Shown: positions 27,309-35,415 of the stretch, one piece after another
Position numbering within the stretch: position 1 is the stretch's first letter
How the letters are laid out: every line of letters starts with the position of its first letter
DNA from: a virus
IMG/VR virus record: IMGVR_UViG_3300026962_000013
Location: 1-40,569 of that record
DNA length: 40,569 nucleotides
Reading direction: 5' to 3' (one strand)
The notes under the pieces: model-generated
The model's database searches: none
Seen by the model: the letters and a program-made list of their open reading frames with translations, nothing else
What the model was told of the DNA's origin: nothing
Program-made: the position numbers and the translations under genes

Positions 27309-27496
27309 CCAACCACTCAAATCAAGGGTCATCACGAGAGGGCTCTCACCCACTCGTTCAAGGTGAGCCTCGGCCACGACGGTTGTCACAAGAGGAGGTT
27401 GAGGAACTTTTGGCAAGCTTGTTGGGCCGAGATGACGAGGACGATTCCGAAGAGGTTCAGGCCTCCTCCACTGAGTATCAACAGCTCCGCGGTTAG
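27305..27496 (+). CDS. Small acidic 63 aa protein coupled to the proteasome-like gene
   Basis: ATGA overlap; same low-GC composition. Confidence 0.55.
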   Translation: MTNHSNQGSSREGSHPLVQGEPRPRRLSQEEVEELLASLLGRDDEDDSEEVQASSTEYQQLRG

Positions 27497-27506
27497 AACT
27501 CCCACC

Positions 27507-27767
27507 TTATTCTGAGACCCTCGGGTCGGTGACGAGTTGGTAGAGGCCGGTGTCGAACAGGTTCTCGGCGTGATCATGCTCCTCGAGGCGGGCGAGCCGC
27601 TGTTGAACGTAGCCGCGACTGTAGTCACCGACCTCGTCTGTGGTGAGGCGGTGGCGGGCGTATGCCGGTGTGACGCGTCCGTCTCCGAGGTAGTCGAGGA
27701 GGGCTTCATCGACTTCTCGGAGATCGTCCGGGGTGAGCACAGGCGGTGGTTCGGTGGTGGCTCTCAC
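27507..27767 (-). CDS. Winged-helix repressor-like protein (switch 1)
   Basis: GTG start 27767; DEALLDYL..GRVTPAY...YSRGYVQQRLARL..H....NL..GLY pattern of haloarchaeal viral wHTH regulators. Confidence 0.8.
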   Translation of the reverse strand: MRATTEPPPVLTPDDLREVDEALLDYLGDGRVTPAYARHRLTTDEVGDYSRGYVQQRLARLEEHDHAENLFDTGLYQLVTDPRVSE

Positions 27768-27799
27768 AAGCGTACCGATTAGTGCGGAGACTGTAAGAA

Positions 27800-27836
27800 T
27801 TACGGTGTAATCTGTCTTAGTAGGCTTACAACGTAA
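27800..27836. promoter_or_regulatory. Two palindromic operator-like sites TTAC-N3-GTAA between divergent promoters
   Basis: TTACGGTGTAA 27800-27810 and TTACAACGTAA 27826-27836 in an AT-rich intergenic region. Confidence 0.7.
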
Positions 27837-27940
27837 GTTATTTGGGGGGTGGGTGTGAACACTGAACCACGCCCAGACGACCACAGAAAGTGGTCCGGTG
27901 CTGGAGACACCGAACCCTGGGCTCCCAACCAGGAGAACCC

Positions 27941-28228
27941 ATGCCCACACGCACACACCACCGAGATAAAACTGGGGTCCGACCCAGATACACGCTTCTC
28001 GGCACCGACGAACACGGCAGCACCCACCTCTACAACACCCACGACGACCAGGTCATCGTCATCACCGCCGCCAACACGCTCGAGCAACGCGTCGCCCTCG
28101 ACGGGCGGAGCGTCGACGAGTGGATGGCCTACGTTGACGACGCCCGCGGCTGGCTCGATCGACGATACCACGCGACCCTCGTCGACGCGTTGGCGAGTCG
28201 CATCACGTTGGAGGCCGACGATGCCTGA
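27941..28228 (+). CDS. Hypothetical protein
   Basis: AGGAG SD; first gene of a coupled rightward operon. Confidence 0.75.
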   Translation: MPTRTHHRDKTGVRPRYTLLGTDEHGSTHLYNTHDDQVIVITAANTLEQRVALDGRSVDEWMAYVDDARGWLDRRYHATLVDALASRITLEADDA

Positions 28229-28427
28229 CTGCGTCGCGTGCGGCGACCCCATACACGACCCCGGAGCCTACCACCTTCCTGAGGTCGACGGCCCCGTCTG
28301 CCGCAGCTGTCACAACACGATCCAGGGCATCACCCGCCGCCCGCGGGACATCGGCATCGACGAAGCCGAACGCGCCCAGGAGCGCCTCGCCCACGAACGG
28401 ATGCGGTACCGGAGCGATCGCCCATGA
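28221..28427 (+). CDS. Small Zn-finger protein
   Basis: CVACG...CRSC; overlapping start/stop. Confidence 0.7.
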   Translation: MPDCVACGDPIHDPGAYHLPEVDGPVCRSCHNTIQGITRRPRDIGIDEAERAQERLAHERMRYRSDRP

Positions 28428-28606
28428 GCGGGGATCCCGTCACTCGGGTCGACGAGGCGGCCAAACAGTGCCACATCGCTCACGACCAACTCACCGACCA
28501 GGCCGACACCCCCATCCCGGACGAGGTGGTCGCGGAAATCGGAGACATCGGCGAACGGTTGCGTCGGATTCGACACGCCCTCCCGGAGGGTAGCGTCGAT
28601 GGGTAG
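28424..28606 (+). CDS. Small helical hypothetical protein
   Basis: ATGA coupling. Confidence 0.6.
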   Translation: MSGDPVTRVDEAAKQCHIAHDQLTDQADTPIPDEVVAEIGDIGERLRRIRHALPEGSVDG

Positions 28607-28757
28607 CACCGCATCTCCCCAGGACGGAGGAACCTGTCCAAACTGTGGGTCCACGGGGACTCAGATCGTTGCAGAACCAGCCCACGACACCGCCTTGTTC
28701 GACTGTCATAACGAGAACTGTGCAGTCGACCTGTTCTGGGGCGGGAAAGACTCATGA
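28599..28757 (+). CDS. Small CPxCG zinc-finger protein (52 aa)
   Basis: Translated by hand: CPNCG...CHNENC; coupled. Confidence 0.65.
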   Translation: MGSTASPQDGGTCPNCGSTGTQIVAEPAHDTALFDCHNENCAVDLFWGGKDS

Positions 28758-28879
28758 CGGTGACCACGTACACCGTCTCGTTCAGGGGCGTCGAGATGCT
28801 GGTGTTCGACGCGGCGCTGGCGGAAGCACTCGCACGGGACGGGCATCGCGTCACGGCCGCCACGCGGAGTGATGTCTGA
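28754..28879 (+). CDS. Small hypothetical protein (41 aa)
   Basis: Translated by hand; coupled on both sides. Confidence 0.55.
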   Translation: MTVTTYTVSFRGVEMLVFDAALAEALARDGHRVTAATRSDV

Positions 28880-29094
28880 TGGAGGTGAGTGCCGAACTCC
28901 TCCCCGACCACCCCATAGCCGTGATCACCGCCGACACCACCCACCCGGAATGGGGCGTCCACAAGGGCGAACCGATCGGGTTCCTCTGTGTCGAGTGTAA
29001 GAACATGGACGAGGACGTCGCCGAGATCATTCATGAAGAAGATTGTTCTCTTGCTGGAAAATCCAAACCAACCGCGTATGCGAATCGACCATAA
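28879..29094 (+). CDS. Small Cys/His-containing hypothetical protein
   Basis: CVEC...H...C; TGATG coupling. Confidence 0.6.
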   Translation: MEVSAELLPDHPIAVITADTTHPEWGVHKGEPIGFLCVECKNMDEDVAEIIHEEDCSLAGKSKPTAYANRP

Positions 29095-29154
29095 TGGAGC
29101 TATGTGACATAGTTTTACATTCCTTTGTAGAAAATCAACTTCCGAGAATCTTTA

Positions 29155-29703
29155 ATGACAGACGATGGGATGAATGAAGATGAGGACAAAGTTGCGGTGG
29201 ACGCGGGTAGCGTAACGGAAGCATCAGTAAAAGCCCCCAAGCCGAGCGTAATCCTTTATCCTGGCGATCAACTCAGGGATCGACGTAATGGAATCATTCA
29301 GCACCATTATCGGCATTCCGAGATTCCATTGGACAAATTGCGGGCATTCATCATCTACGCATCCGGTGTAATCGAGGTATATTGTACTAAGTTAATTCGA
29401 GAGGAGGTCATCGCGGCGGATTACCAACATCAAGCGTATTCATATTTGCTTGAGGATATGAGTCAGACCCACCGGGAGTCTCTATTATCTCAATGCGATC
29501 TATTTGATGATTCACTTTGTGGTAGCCTTGGCAATTTTCGTGGATTGAGGAATAAGCTCGCTCACCAACCGCATGATCCTATTGATTGGGATGAAGAGAA
29601 CGTTCCGAGTAAAATGACTCTGGGCATCGATATTATCGATGTACTCTATGAGGCGTTGCGTAGTGGCGACGCCTCAGAAAGCCTCTCAGATCATTCGCTT
29701 TGA
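29155..29703 (+). CDS. HEPN-domain protein (putative RNase)
   Basis: Helical protein with RNKLAH (R-x4-H) motif; low GC, AT-rich upstream region. Confidence 0.7.
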   Translation: MTDDGMNEDEDKVAVDAGSVTEASVKAPKPSVILYPGDQLRDRRNGIIQHHYRHSEIPLDKLRAFIIYASGVIEVYCTKLIREEVIAADYQHQAYSYLLEDMSQTHRESLLSQCDLFDDSLCGSLGNFRGLRNKLAHQPHDPIDWDEENVPSKMTLGIDIIDVLYEALRSGDASESLSDHSL

Positions 29704-29805
29704 CTCCCGGTCTCTTTGGCGGTAAGACAGGAGATGCAATTTCCTTCTTCACTTTTGGTATCCATGTGGCCTAGCCCTACTACAACCCCCTTCTTTTCCT
29801 CGTGT

Positions 29806-30075
29806 ATGGGGAAGACGACTCCCACCTACCGCGACACGATGCACGACGCCCTCGAACCATACGACACCCAATACCGGCGCGCCCTCCGCCGCGACCGCCA
29901 AGCCGCCTACGACGCCCTCCGCGACGATCTCGAGGAGCTCACCATGGCGATGGGCGCCGCCAACGCCCCAGACGTCTGGACACCGATTCACCTTTCATTG
30001 GCCGTCGTCCTCGCCGAGCGCCTCGACGAGCTCGAGGCCCGAGTCACCGCCCTCGAGGCAGCACTCGACTCCTGA
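29806..30075 (+). CDS. Small helical protein of the haloarchaeal MGxTxPTYRD family
   Basis: MGKTTPTYRD...YRRALRR...C-terminal coiled coil; family recalled as neighbouring PolB2-type polymerases. Confidence 0.7.
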   Translation: MGKTTPTYRDTMHDALEPYDTQYRRALRRDRQAAYDALRDDLEELTMAMGAANAPDVWTPIHLSLAVVLAERLDELEARVTALEAALDS

Positions 30076-30112
30076 CCCGTCGTTTTACCCGCCCCCACCA
30101 GTACCTCCGCGT

Positions 30113-30280
30113 ATGAGCGTCCGGTCTCGCATCCGTCGGCACTGGGTGAGCGCCGACACGATGGCGGCGGACAACATCCTCCCCAAACCCCTGTTCTACA
30201 TCGGCGGCATCCCCCTCTGGATCACGGTCACCGTAATCGGAACATATCGCGGTGTCCGCTACGACTGGCTGGATCGCTGA
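30113..30280 (+). CDS. Small single-TM protein (55 aa)
   Basis: Translated by hand; TTTTAC TATA-like element about 28 nt upstream. Confidence 0.55.
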   Translation: MSVRSRIRRHWVSADTMAADNILPKPLFYIGGIPLWITVTVIGTYRGVRYDWLDR

Positions 30281-30334
30281 CCCGGCTCCCGACCCGACAT
30301 CCTCTTGTACACAATCCACCCTACCACTACCCGC

Positions 30335-31066
30335 ATGGGGGTCACGGACGCGGAACTCCTCGCGGAGATCCGTCGCCTCGCCGACGACATCGGTGCCACA
30401 CCCACGCTCCAGCAGATGCGGGACCACGGCCAGTACTCGGTCACCACCTACTACAACCACTTCGACTCCTGGAGTGCCGCTGTCGAAGCCGCCGGGTTCG
30501 AACCCCATCAGCAGGACACGAAACACGAAACGGAGGACCTCCTCGCCGAACTCAGGCGCCTCGCCAGCGAACTGGGTGCCGTACCGACAGCTGCCCAGAT
30601 GAACGCTGAAGGCAAGTTCTGGGCGAATTCGTACCAGAACCACTTCGGATCCTGGCGAGCGGCGCTTGAGGCAGCCGACCTCGAACCGCGGGATCCCGAC
30701 ACGCGAATTGATCCCTCGGCCCTGATCGAGGACTTACAACGGGTCGCCGACGCGGTCGATGGTTCGCCGTCGGAGGCTGACGTCCGCGAGCATGGGGAGT
30801 ATGGGGTGCGAACGTTTTATCGACGGTTTGGGTCGTGGGGGAACGCTCTCGAGGCGGCGGAATTGGGGGATGACGCCTTTCAAGAGCGGATTCCGATTCG
30901 AGAGTTGTTGGTGGAGGTGCAGCGCTTGGAGGCTGCGTTGGGGCGGCCGCCGTCGACGGTCGACGTTCGGGAGCGTGGGCGGTTCTCGTTGGCGCCGTAT
31001 TATCGGCGGTTTGGGTCGTGGGAGCAGGTGTTGGAGGCGGCTGGGATCGACCCTGGCGACGATTGA
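30335..31066 (+). CDS. Homing-endonuclease-associated (HNH_repeat) protein, four repeats, no nuclease domain
   Basis: Four ~57 aa units: LL.E..RLA...G..P.......G.....Y...FGSW..A.EAAG. Confidence 0.85.
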   Translation: MGVTDAELLAEIRRLADDIGATPTLQQMRDHGQYSVTTYYNHFDSWSAAVEAAGFEPHQQDTKHETEDLLAELRRLASELGAVPTAAQMNAEGKFWANSYQNHFGSWRAALEAADLEPRDPDTRIDPSALIEDLQRVADAVDGSPSEADVREHGEYGVRTFYRRFGSWGNALEAAELGDDAFQERIPIRELLVEVQRLEAALGRPPSTVDVRERGRFSLAPYYRRFGSWEQVLEAAGIDPGDD

Positions 31067-31496
31067 TTTTTGTATTCTAAGGTGTATGGTGTGATGCCGG
31101 GTTCAATCCCGGTGCGGTGAGTGGTTGGGTGTTGTACCTCAGGCGCTCATCGCGGGCGTAGTACAGGCCCTTCGGGTGCCTGGGCGTCGAGTCAGGCGCC
31201 GCCCAGCTGACTGGCAACGTACTGTCGGTCGGTATTGGGGGTCCCCACCCCCACTTTAAATACCTCACTCGGTTTCAGAGGGTTGGTATCGTGTGGTCGG
31301 ACGGGATGATATCGGGGGATTGAAGCGTCGTGCGACTTGTTTACACACTGAATACAGTACCACAAAGCATTTACAAACCCCAATAAGACGTATTTGGTGT
31401 ACCCCTACCCAGGTGGCAGCCACGCCGGCAACGATGGAACGTGATGAACGGGGTATCGGACGCTGTCGCCACGACAGACCGACCACACAACAAACT

Positions 31497-33869
31497 ATGA
31501 CAGGCAAAATGACAAAGATGCGCGCGGTGTTCCTGACCGCGATCATGGTCCTCTCTGTATTTGGAGGCACCATCGCGTTCACAGGAGCTGCTGCCGCATC
31601 CGGTCATCACATCAACAAAGCCACCTACTACACAGAAGGTGGCACAGGTACGCCGCTCATCGAGCTGGCGTACGCTGATGACATCAACGCGACAAACGCA
31701 TCGGCAGGCAACTGGACAGTAATGGTCGACGGCTCCCCGGCGGAAATCGTCAACGGGACTGACGTTGCCGTCAACGGTGGTCAGGTTGAGCTCACGCTCA
31801 GCCAGAACTACACCGGTGACATCAGCGTCGAGACACCCGAGGTCGAGAACACCACGGGTAGCGCCATCCCGAGCATGACCGTCGACGTCACGGAGACCGA
31901 CGCCACGCTCAACATGGGCGCCGGCGGCTCCATGACGGCCTTCTCCGGGTCCGTCGTGGCCGTAGACTTCGGCACGACCGGTGTCAACTTCGACATCACC
32001 ACCGAAGGTGGATACTTCTTCCAAGGGTCCACCGGCACCTCGAGCCAAGTCTACGTCTTCAACACGGGATCCAAGACGGCCGGCACCTACTACGTTGACA
32101 CAGACCGCGACCAGGACGACGGCAACGGTGACGCCGAGATCGTCGTCCGCGCCCTGGACCTCTCGGTGAGCGCGCCGAGCGAGGTCTCGACTGAGTCGGC
32201 GTTCCCGGTCTCGGTCAGCGCGAACGCCGGCGACCGCGACGTCGAGGTGTCGCTGCTCGGTCCCGACGGGGCCGTGGTCGACAGTGGGTCGGCCACCCTC
32301 GACGGGTCCGGTGAAGCCACCGTGTCCCTGACGTCCGGTTCCGCTGAAGGCAACTACAGCGTCGTCGTCGAAGACGTCGCTACAGGCAACCAGGACTCCA
32401 CAACCGTCTCGGTTGTCTCCGGACCGAGCGCTCAGATGAGCTTCCCGTCCGGATCCTTCGCTGGGGAGCAGGGTGACTTCGCGTACATCACGATCAACCT
32501 GCAAGGCACCAGCGTTGGTACAATCTCGCTTGGCGGTGAGGAGACGAACTACCAGATCAACGCGACCGTGACCGACGCGAACGGTGACGGTCAAGTTGTT
32601 CTGATGTTCAACACCTACACTGCCGGCGACACCAGCGCCGACACGCTCTCGGCCGCCGGGGCCGACACCGTCTCACTCGTCGGTAACGAGTCGAGCCTCG
32701 GTGACATCATCGACACCGGAGCCTACGTCATCTACGGCCAGGCCAACGACTGGAGTGGTGACATCTCCGAAGTCCGTGACACGCCGGGTGCGACGAGTAC
32801 GCTCCTGGTTGAGTCCCGGTCCACTGGTTCGATGAACCTCTGGGAAGCGCCCAGCGGGTCGAGCCTCACGAGCCTCACGGCGATTCAGGACGCCGTCTCC
32901 GCCGGTACCCTCACCCAACTCCAGGGTGGGGTCGCTGGCGGTGACGTCCTCGTTCACCAAGTGAGTGTCTCCGGCATCTACGGCATGCTGGCCTCGACGG
33001 GCGATGCCACCACGACGGCAGCCTTCGAGACCGCCATCGGCAATGGCAACCTGGCCCTTACCGTCACCCAGACGAACCCCGGCCAGAACCAGCAGCCGAA
33101 GACGCTGAACCTCACGGAGAGCATCGACGCTGGCGCGATCCACGTCGTCGCAAGTGACGTCGACAACCAGGTCTTCATTGTCGTCGAAACGGACCAGGCC
33201 GTCTTCGACCGTGAAGGCCAGGGGACGACGAACTTCAGCGCCGAGGCCGGCGATGAGTTCGACGTCCAATTCGAAGTGACTGACACCAAGCTGCCCGCTG
33301 ATGCAGATGGGTCAGACGCTGCGGCGGCGAACTTCAGCGTGGTCGCTGGCACCGCCATGGTGAACTACCAGGGCGATGCCTTCCAGGTTGAAGCTGAGGA
33401 GAACGTCACGGTGTCCGGGTCGTCCACGTGGGCGCCGGGCACGACGCTGACGGTCCGGGTCAAGAGCGACGGTGGCGTCACGCCGGCGTTCTTCACCCAG
33501 GCCGACGTCGTCGTCCAGCCGGACGGCACGTGGAGTCTCACCAGCAACGTGTTCACGAACGCGAGTGCTGACTCGCCGTTCACGATCACGGTGTTCAAGG
33601 GTGGGAACGTTGTGACGCAGGCGCCGGGTGAGGTTGTCGACTCGACGACGACCACCACGACCTCGACCACGACGACGACCACCACGACGACGACCACCAC
33701 GACGACTACGACGGAGACCACGACCACGACCACGGAGACCACGACCACGACCACGGAGACCACGACCACGACCACGGAGTCCGGTGACGGCGGTCCGGGC
33801 TTCACGGTCGCGCTGGGTCTCGTGGCCGTGCTCGCGGCTGCCCTGCTCGCGGTGCGGCGCCGCGCGTAA
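31497..33869 (+). CDS. csg: S-layer/cell-surface glycoprotein homolog with PGF-CTERM
   Basis: Signal peptide RAVFLTAIMVLSVFGGTIAFTGAAAA, many NxS/T sequons, Thr-rich linker, GPGF-TM-RRR C-terminus; 790 aa from ATG 31497. Symbol denotes homolog, not proven orthology. Confidence 0.88.
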   Translation: MTGKMTKMRAVFLTAIMVLSVFGGTIAFTGAAAASGHHINKATYYTEGGTGTPLIELAYADDINATNASAGNWTVMVDGSPAEIVNGTDVAVNGGQVELTLSQNYTGDISVETPEVENTTGSAIPSMTVDVTETDATLNMGAGGSMTAFSGSVVAVDFGTTGVNFDITTEGGYFFQGSTGTSSQVYVFNTGSKTAGTYYVDTDRDQDDGNGDAEIVVRALDLSVSAPSEVSTESAFPVSVSANAGDRDVEVSLLGPDGAVVDSGSATLDGSGEATVSLTSGSAEGNYSVVVEDVATGNQDSTTVSVVSGPSAQMSFPSGSFAGEQGDFAYITINLQGTSVGTISLGGEETNYQINATVTDANGDGQVVLMFNTYTAGDTSADTLSAAGADTVSLVGNESSLGDIIDTGAYVIYGQANDWSGDISEVRDTPGATSTLLVESRSTGSMNLWEAPSGSSLTSLTAIQDAVSAGTLTQLQGGVAGGDVLVHQVSVSGIYGMLASTGDATTTAAFETAIGNGNLALTVTQTNPGQNQQPKTLNLTESIDAGAIHVVASDVDNQVFIVVETDQAVFDREGQGTTNFSAEAGDEFDVQFEVTDTKLPADADGSDAAAANFSVVAGTAMVNYQGDAFQVEAEENVTVSGSSTWAPGTTLTVRVKSDGGVTPAFFTQADVVVQPDGTWSLTSNVFTNASADSPFTITVFKGGNVVTQAPGEVVDSTTTTTTSTTTTTTTTTTTTTTTTETTTTTTETTTTTTETTTTTTESGDGGPGFTVALGLVAVLAAALLAVRRRA
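33641..33779 (+). repeat. Thr-codon tandem repeat encoding the S-layer linker
   Basis: (ACG/ACC)n with ACCACGACCACGACCACGGAG units. Confidence 0.9.
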
Positions 33870-33912
33870 GGTAAACCACGGTTGACCTCCGGCATCGGGT
33901 CATTGCGGTGAC

Positions 33913-33927
33913 GTTCCTTTCTTTCGC
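33913..33927 (+). terminator. Pyrimidine/U-tract terminator candidate after csg-like gene
   Basis: GTTCCTTTCTTTCGC about 45 nt after the stop. Confidence 0.4.
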
Positions 33928-34041
33928 GCGCTCCTCGAGGAGCTACAGGTGTGATCACCGGGTTCGCGCAGCGTCGAGTTTCACTTCCAGACCGCTGAAC
34001 ACTATTGGTTATGTCGGCTGTCGTCCACCTGTGAGTCGCCC

Positions 34042-34284
34042 ATGTCGGTGACGATCAATCCCGATGAGGACGAGACGATCAAGTGGCGGTATCGGTGTCC
34101 GCGGTGTGAGAGTACGAACTGGAGTCCGACGAACAACCACTGGTACTGTCATCGCTGCGCTCGCGAACTCGCGCACAGTGACGAGGCGACGCCGGAGTTC
34201 TACGAGCTCGTGGATATGAAGACGGGTGAGCGGTTGCGTCGGGAGGATGTCAGGATCGAGGGGCGGTTATCGCCGGGGCATTGA
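34042..34284 (+). CDS. Zinc-finger protein
   Basis: CPRC...WYCHRC; TTATGT about 28 nt upstream. Confidence 0.75.
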   Translation: MSVTINPDEDETIKWRYRCPRCESTNWSPTNNHWYCHRCARELAHSDEATPEFYELVDMKTGERLRREDVRIEGRLSPGH

Positions 34285-34292
34285 CGATGGGG

Positions 34293-34574
34293 TTAGGCGT
34301 CGTCGCGTGGTTCGAGGGTCGTGGGGTCGAGGTCGCCGGTCAACCAGTTGCGGCCGTCGTCGGTGATTTGGTAGAGGCCGTCGTCGAGGCGGCGTACCAA
34401 CCCGTATCGGGTGAGGGTTCGGAGTCGGTCGCCGGCGTATTTGCGGGTGATGTCGGCGCGGGCGACGCGGCCCTCGCGGCTGATGGCGAGCGGGGTCATG
34501 TTGCCTTCGTCGCGGAGGAGTTCGAGGATGCTGTCGTCGGCGGGGCGGCGCATCCAGTCCGCGTCTTGCCGCAT
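34293..34574 (-). CDS. PhiH1-repressor-like winged-helix protein (switch 2)
   Basis: MRQDADWM...DDSILELL...MTP...RL..L...GLV......GLYQITDDG..WL.G.LD pattern; ATG 34574. Confidence 0.85.
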   Translation of the reverse strand: MRQDADWMRRPADDSILELLRDEGNMTPLAISREGRVARADITRKYAGDRLRTLTRYGLVRRLDDGLYQITDDGRNWLTGDLDPTTLEPRDDA

Positions 34575-34605
34575 GTGTGGGGGTGTTCGCACTGGGTGGT
34601 TAATC

Positions 34606-34679
34606 CCATCGGTTGGATAAGTCAGTTATCCCATCAACAAGATATTACAGGTCGTTGGGTGGTAAATTCCACCCGTTGG
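34606..34679. promoter_or_regulatory. Operator-like palindromes between divergent promoters
   Basis: CCA-N5-TGG at 34606-34616 and 34669-34679; also GGATAA-N5-TTATCC (34615-34631) and GGGTGG-N6-CCACCC. Confidence 0.55.
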
Positions 34680-34712
34680 GAAACCTATTAGTACGGTGGG
34701 TATAATGGTCGA

Positions 34713-34784
34713 GGTGGAAGTCACTCCCTCGGGACACTTCGCGAGAAGGTCCGCGCCGTAGGGGGCGCGGAGTGGCTCTCCACC
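34713..34784 (+). promoter_or_regulatory. Four-way-junction 5' leader RNA of the early operon
   Basis: GGTGGA-AGTCAC/GTGGCT-C-TCCACC closing stem with three hairpins; begins about 25 nt after TATTAGTA. Confidence 0.55.
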
Positions 34785-34803
34785 CATCACGGGATTTCGA
34801 GCC

Positions 34804-35208
34804 ATGTCAAACAACGACAACGCCCACCTTAAACGTGGGGCCATGACCGCCATCGCCGGTCCCGACATCGAAGACCGGCCCAGCACCGACCGCACATCGT
34901 ACCCCCGCGACGAACTCACGCGATACCAACTCGACCTCCTCACCACCGTCAGCCGCCTCACCGCCTCGGGGTCGAGTCCCTCAGGCCTCGAACTCAAAGC
35001 CGACCTCGAATCCGCATACGGCGTTGAGACCAACCACGGGCGCCTGTACCCCAACCTCGACACCCTCGTCGACAAGGGCCTCGTCCAGAAAGGCGTCGCC
35101 GACGAACGCACCAACACCTACGACCTCACCCCCGACGGCGCCCGAGCACTCCTGGACTACCACGACTGGCTCTCCAGCGCCATCACCACGGGTGGTCCCG
35201 ATGAGTGA
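34804..35208 (+). CDS. PadR-family winged-helix regulator
   Basis: LTRYQLDLL...GLELK..L...Y...NHGRLYPNLDTLVDKGLV.K...D.RTN.Y.LT. Confidence 0.88.
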   Translation: MSNNDNAHLKRGAMTAIAGPDIEDRPSTDRTSYPRDELTRYQLDLLTTVSRLTASGSSPSGLELKADLESAYGVETNHGRLYPNLDTLVDKGLVQKGVADERTNTYDLTPDGARALLDYHDWLSSAITTGGPDE

Positions 35209-35293
35209 CGACCTGGACGCGCTCGTCGACAGCGTCGAGGAACGCTGGCCCAGCGCCGACGACGTCGCCGCCATCGGAGGCGACCGCCATTGA
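35201..35293 (+). CDS. Very small hypothetical protein (30 aa)
   Basis: Coupled overlaps; acidic. Confidence 0.45.
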   Translation: MSDDLDALVDSVEERWPSADDVAAIGGDRH

Positions 35294-35415
35294 ACGCCCT
35301 CGCCCACGTTTGTTGGCGATGCGACGACGAGATCACCGACGCGTCCGCGGCGGAAGCGATTAACGGGCACTACTACTGCGGGGACTGCGCCGCCGAGGTG
35401 ACCGGTGATGCCTGA
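35290..35415 (+). CDS. Small Zn-finger protein (41 aa, TTG start)
   Basis: Translated by hand: CWRC...YCGDC. Confidence 0.55.
   Translation: MNALAHVCWRCDDEITDASAAEAINGHYYCGDCAAEVTGDA

Noticed and set aside
27380-27425. LSQEEVEELL as a FliM-type CheY-binding motif
   Set aside because: Short amphipathic match with no chemotaxis context; archaeal CheY signals via CheF.
31293-31496. Upstream in-frame extension of the S-layer ORF (also extensions at 26349, 35833, 21891, 6314, 13325, 11141)
   Set aside because: Signal peptide, Thr1 nucleophile, TATA spacing or stop/start overlaps point to the downstream starts used above.
33641-33779. Tandem repeat as a CRISPR or other non-coding array
   Set aside because: No unique spacers; it encodes the Thr-rich S-layer linker in frame.
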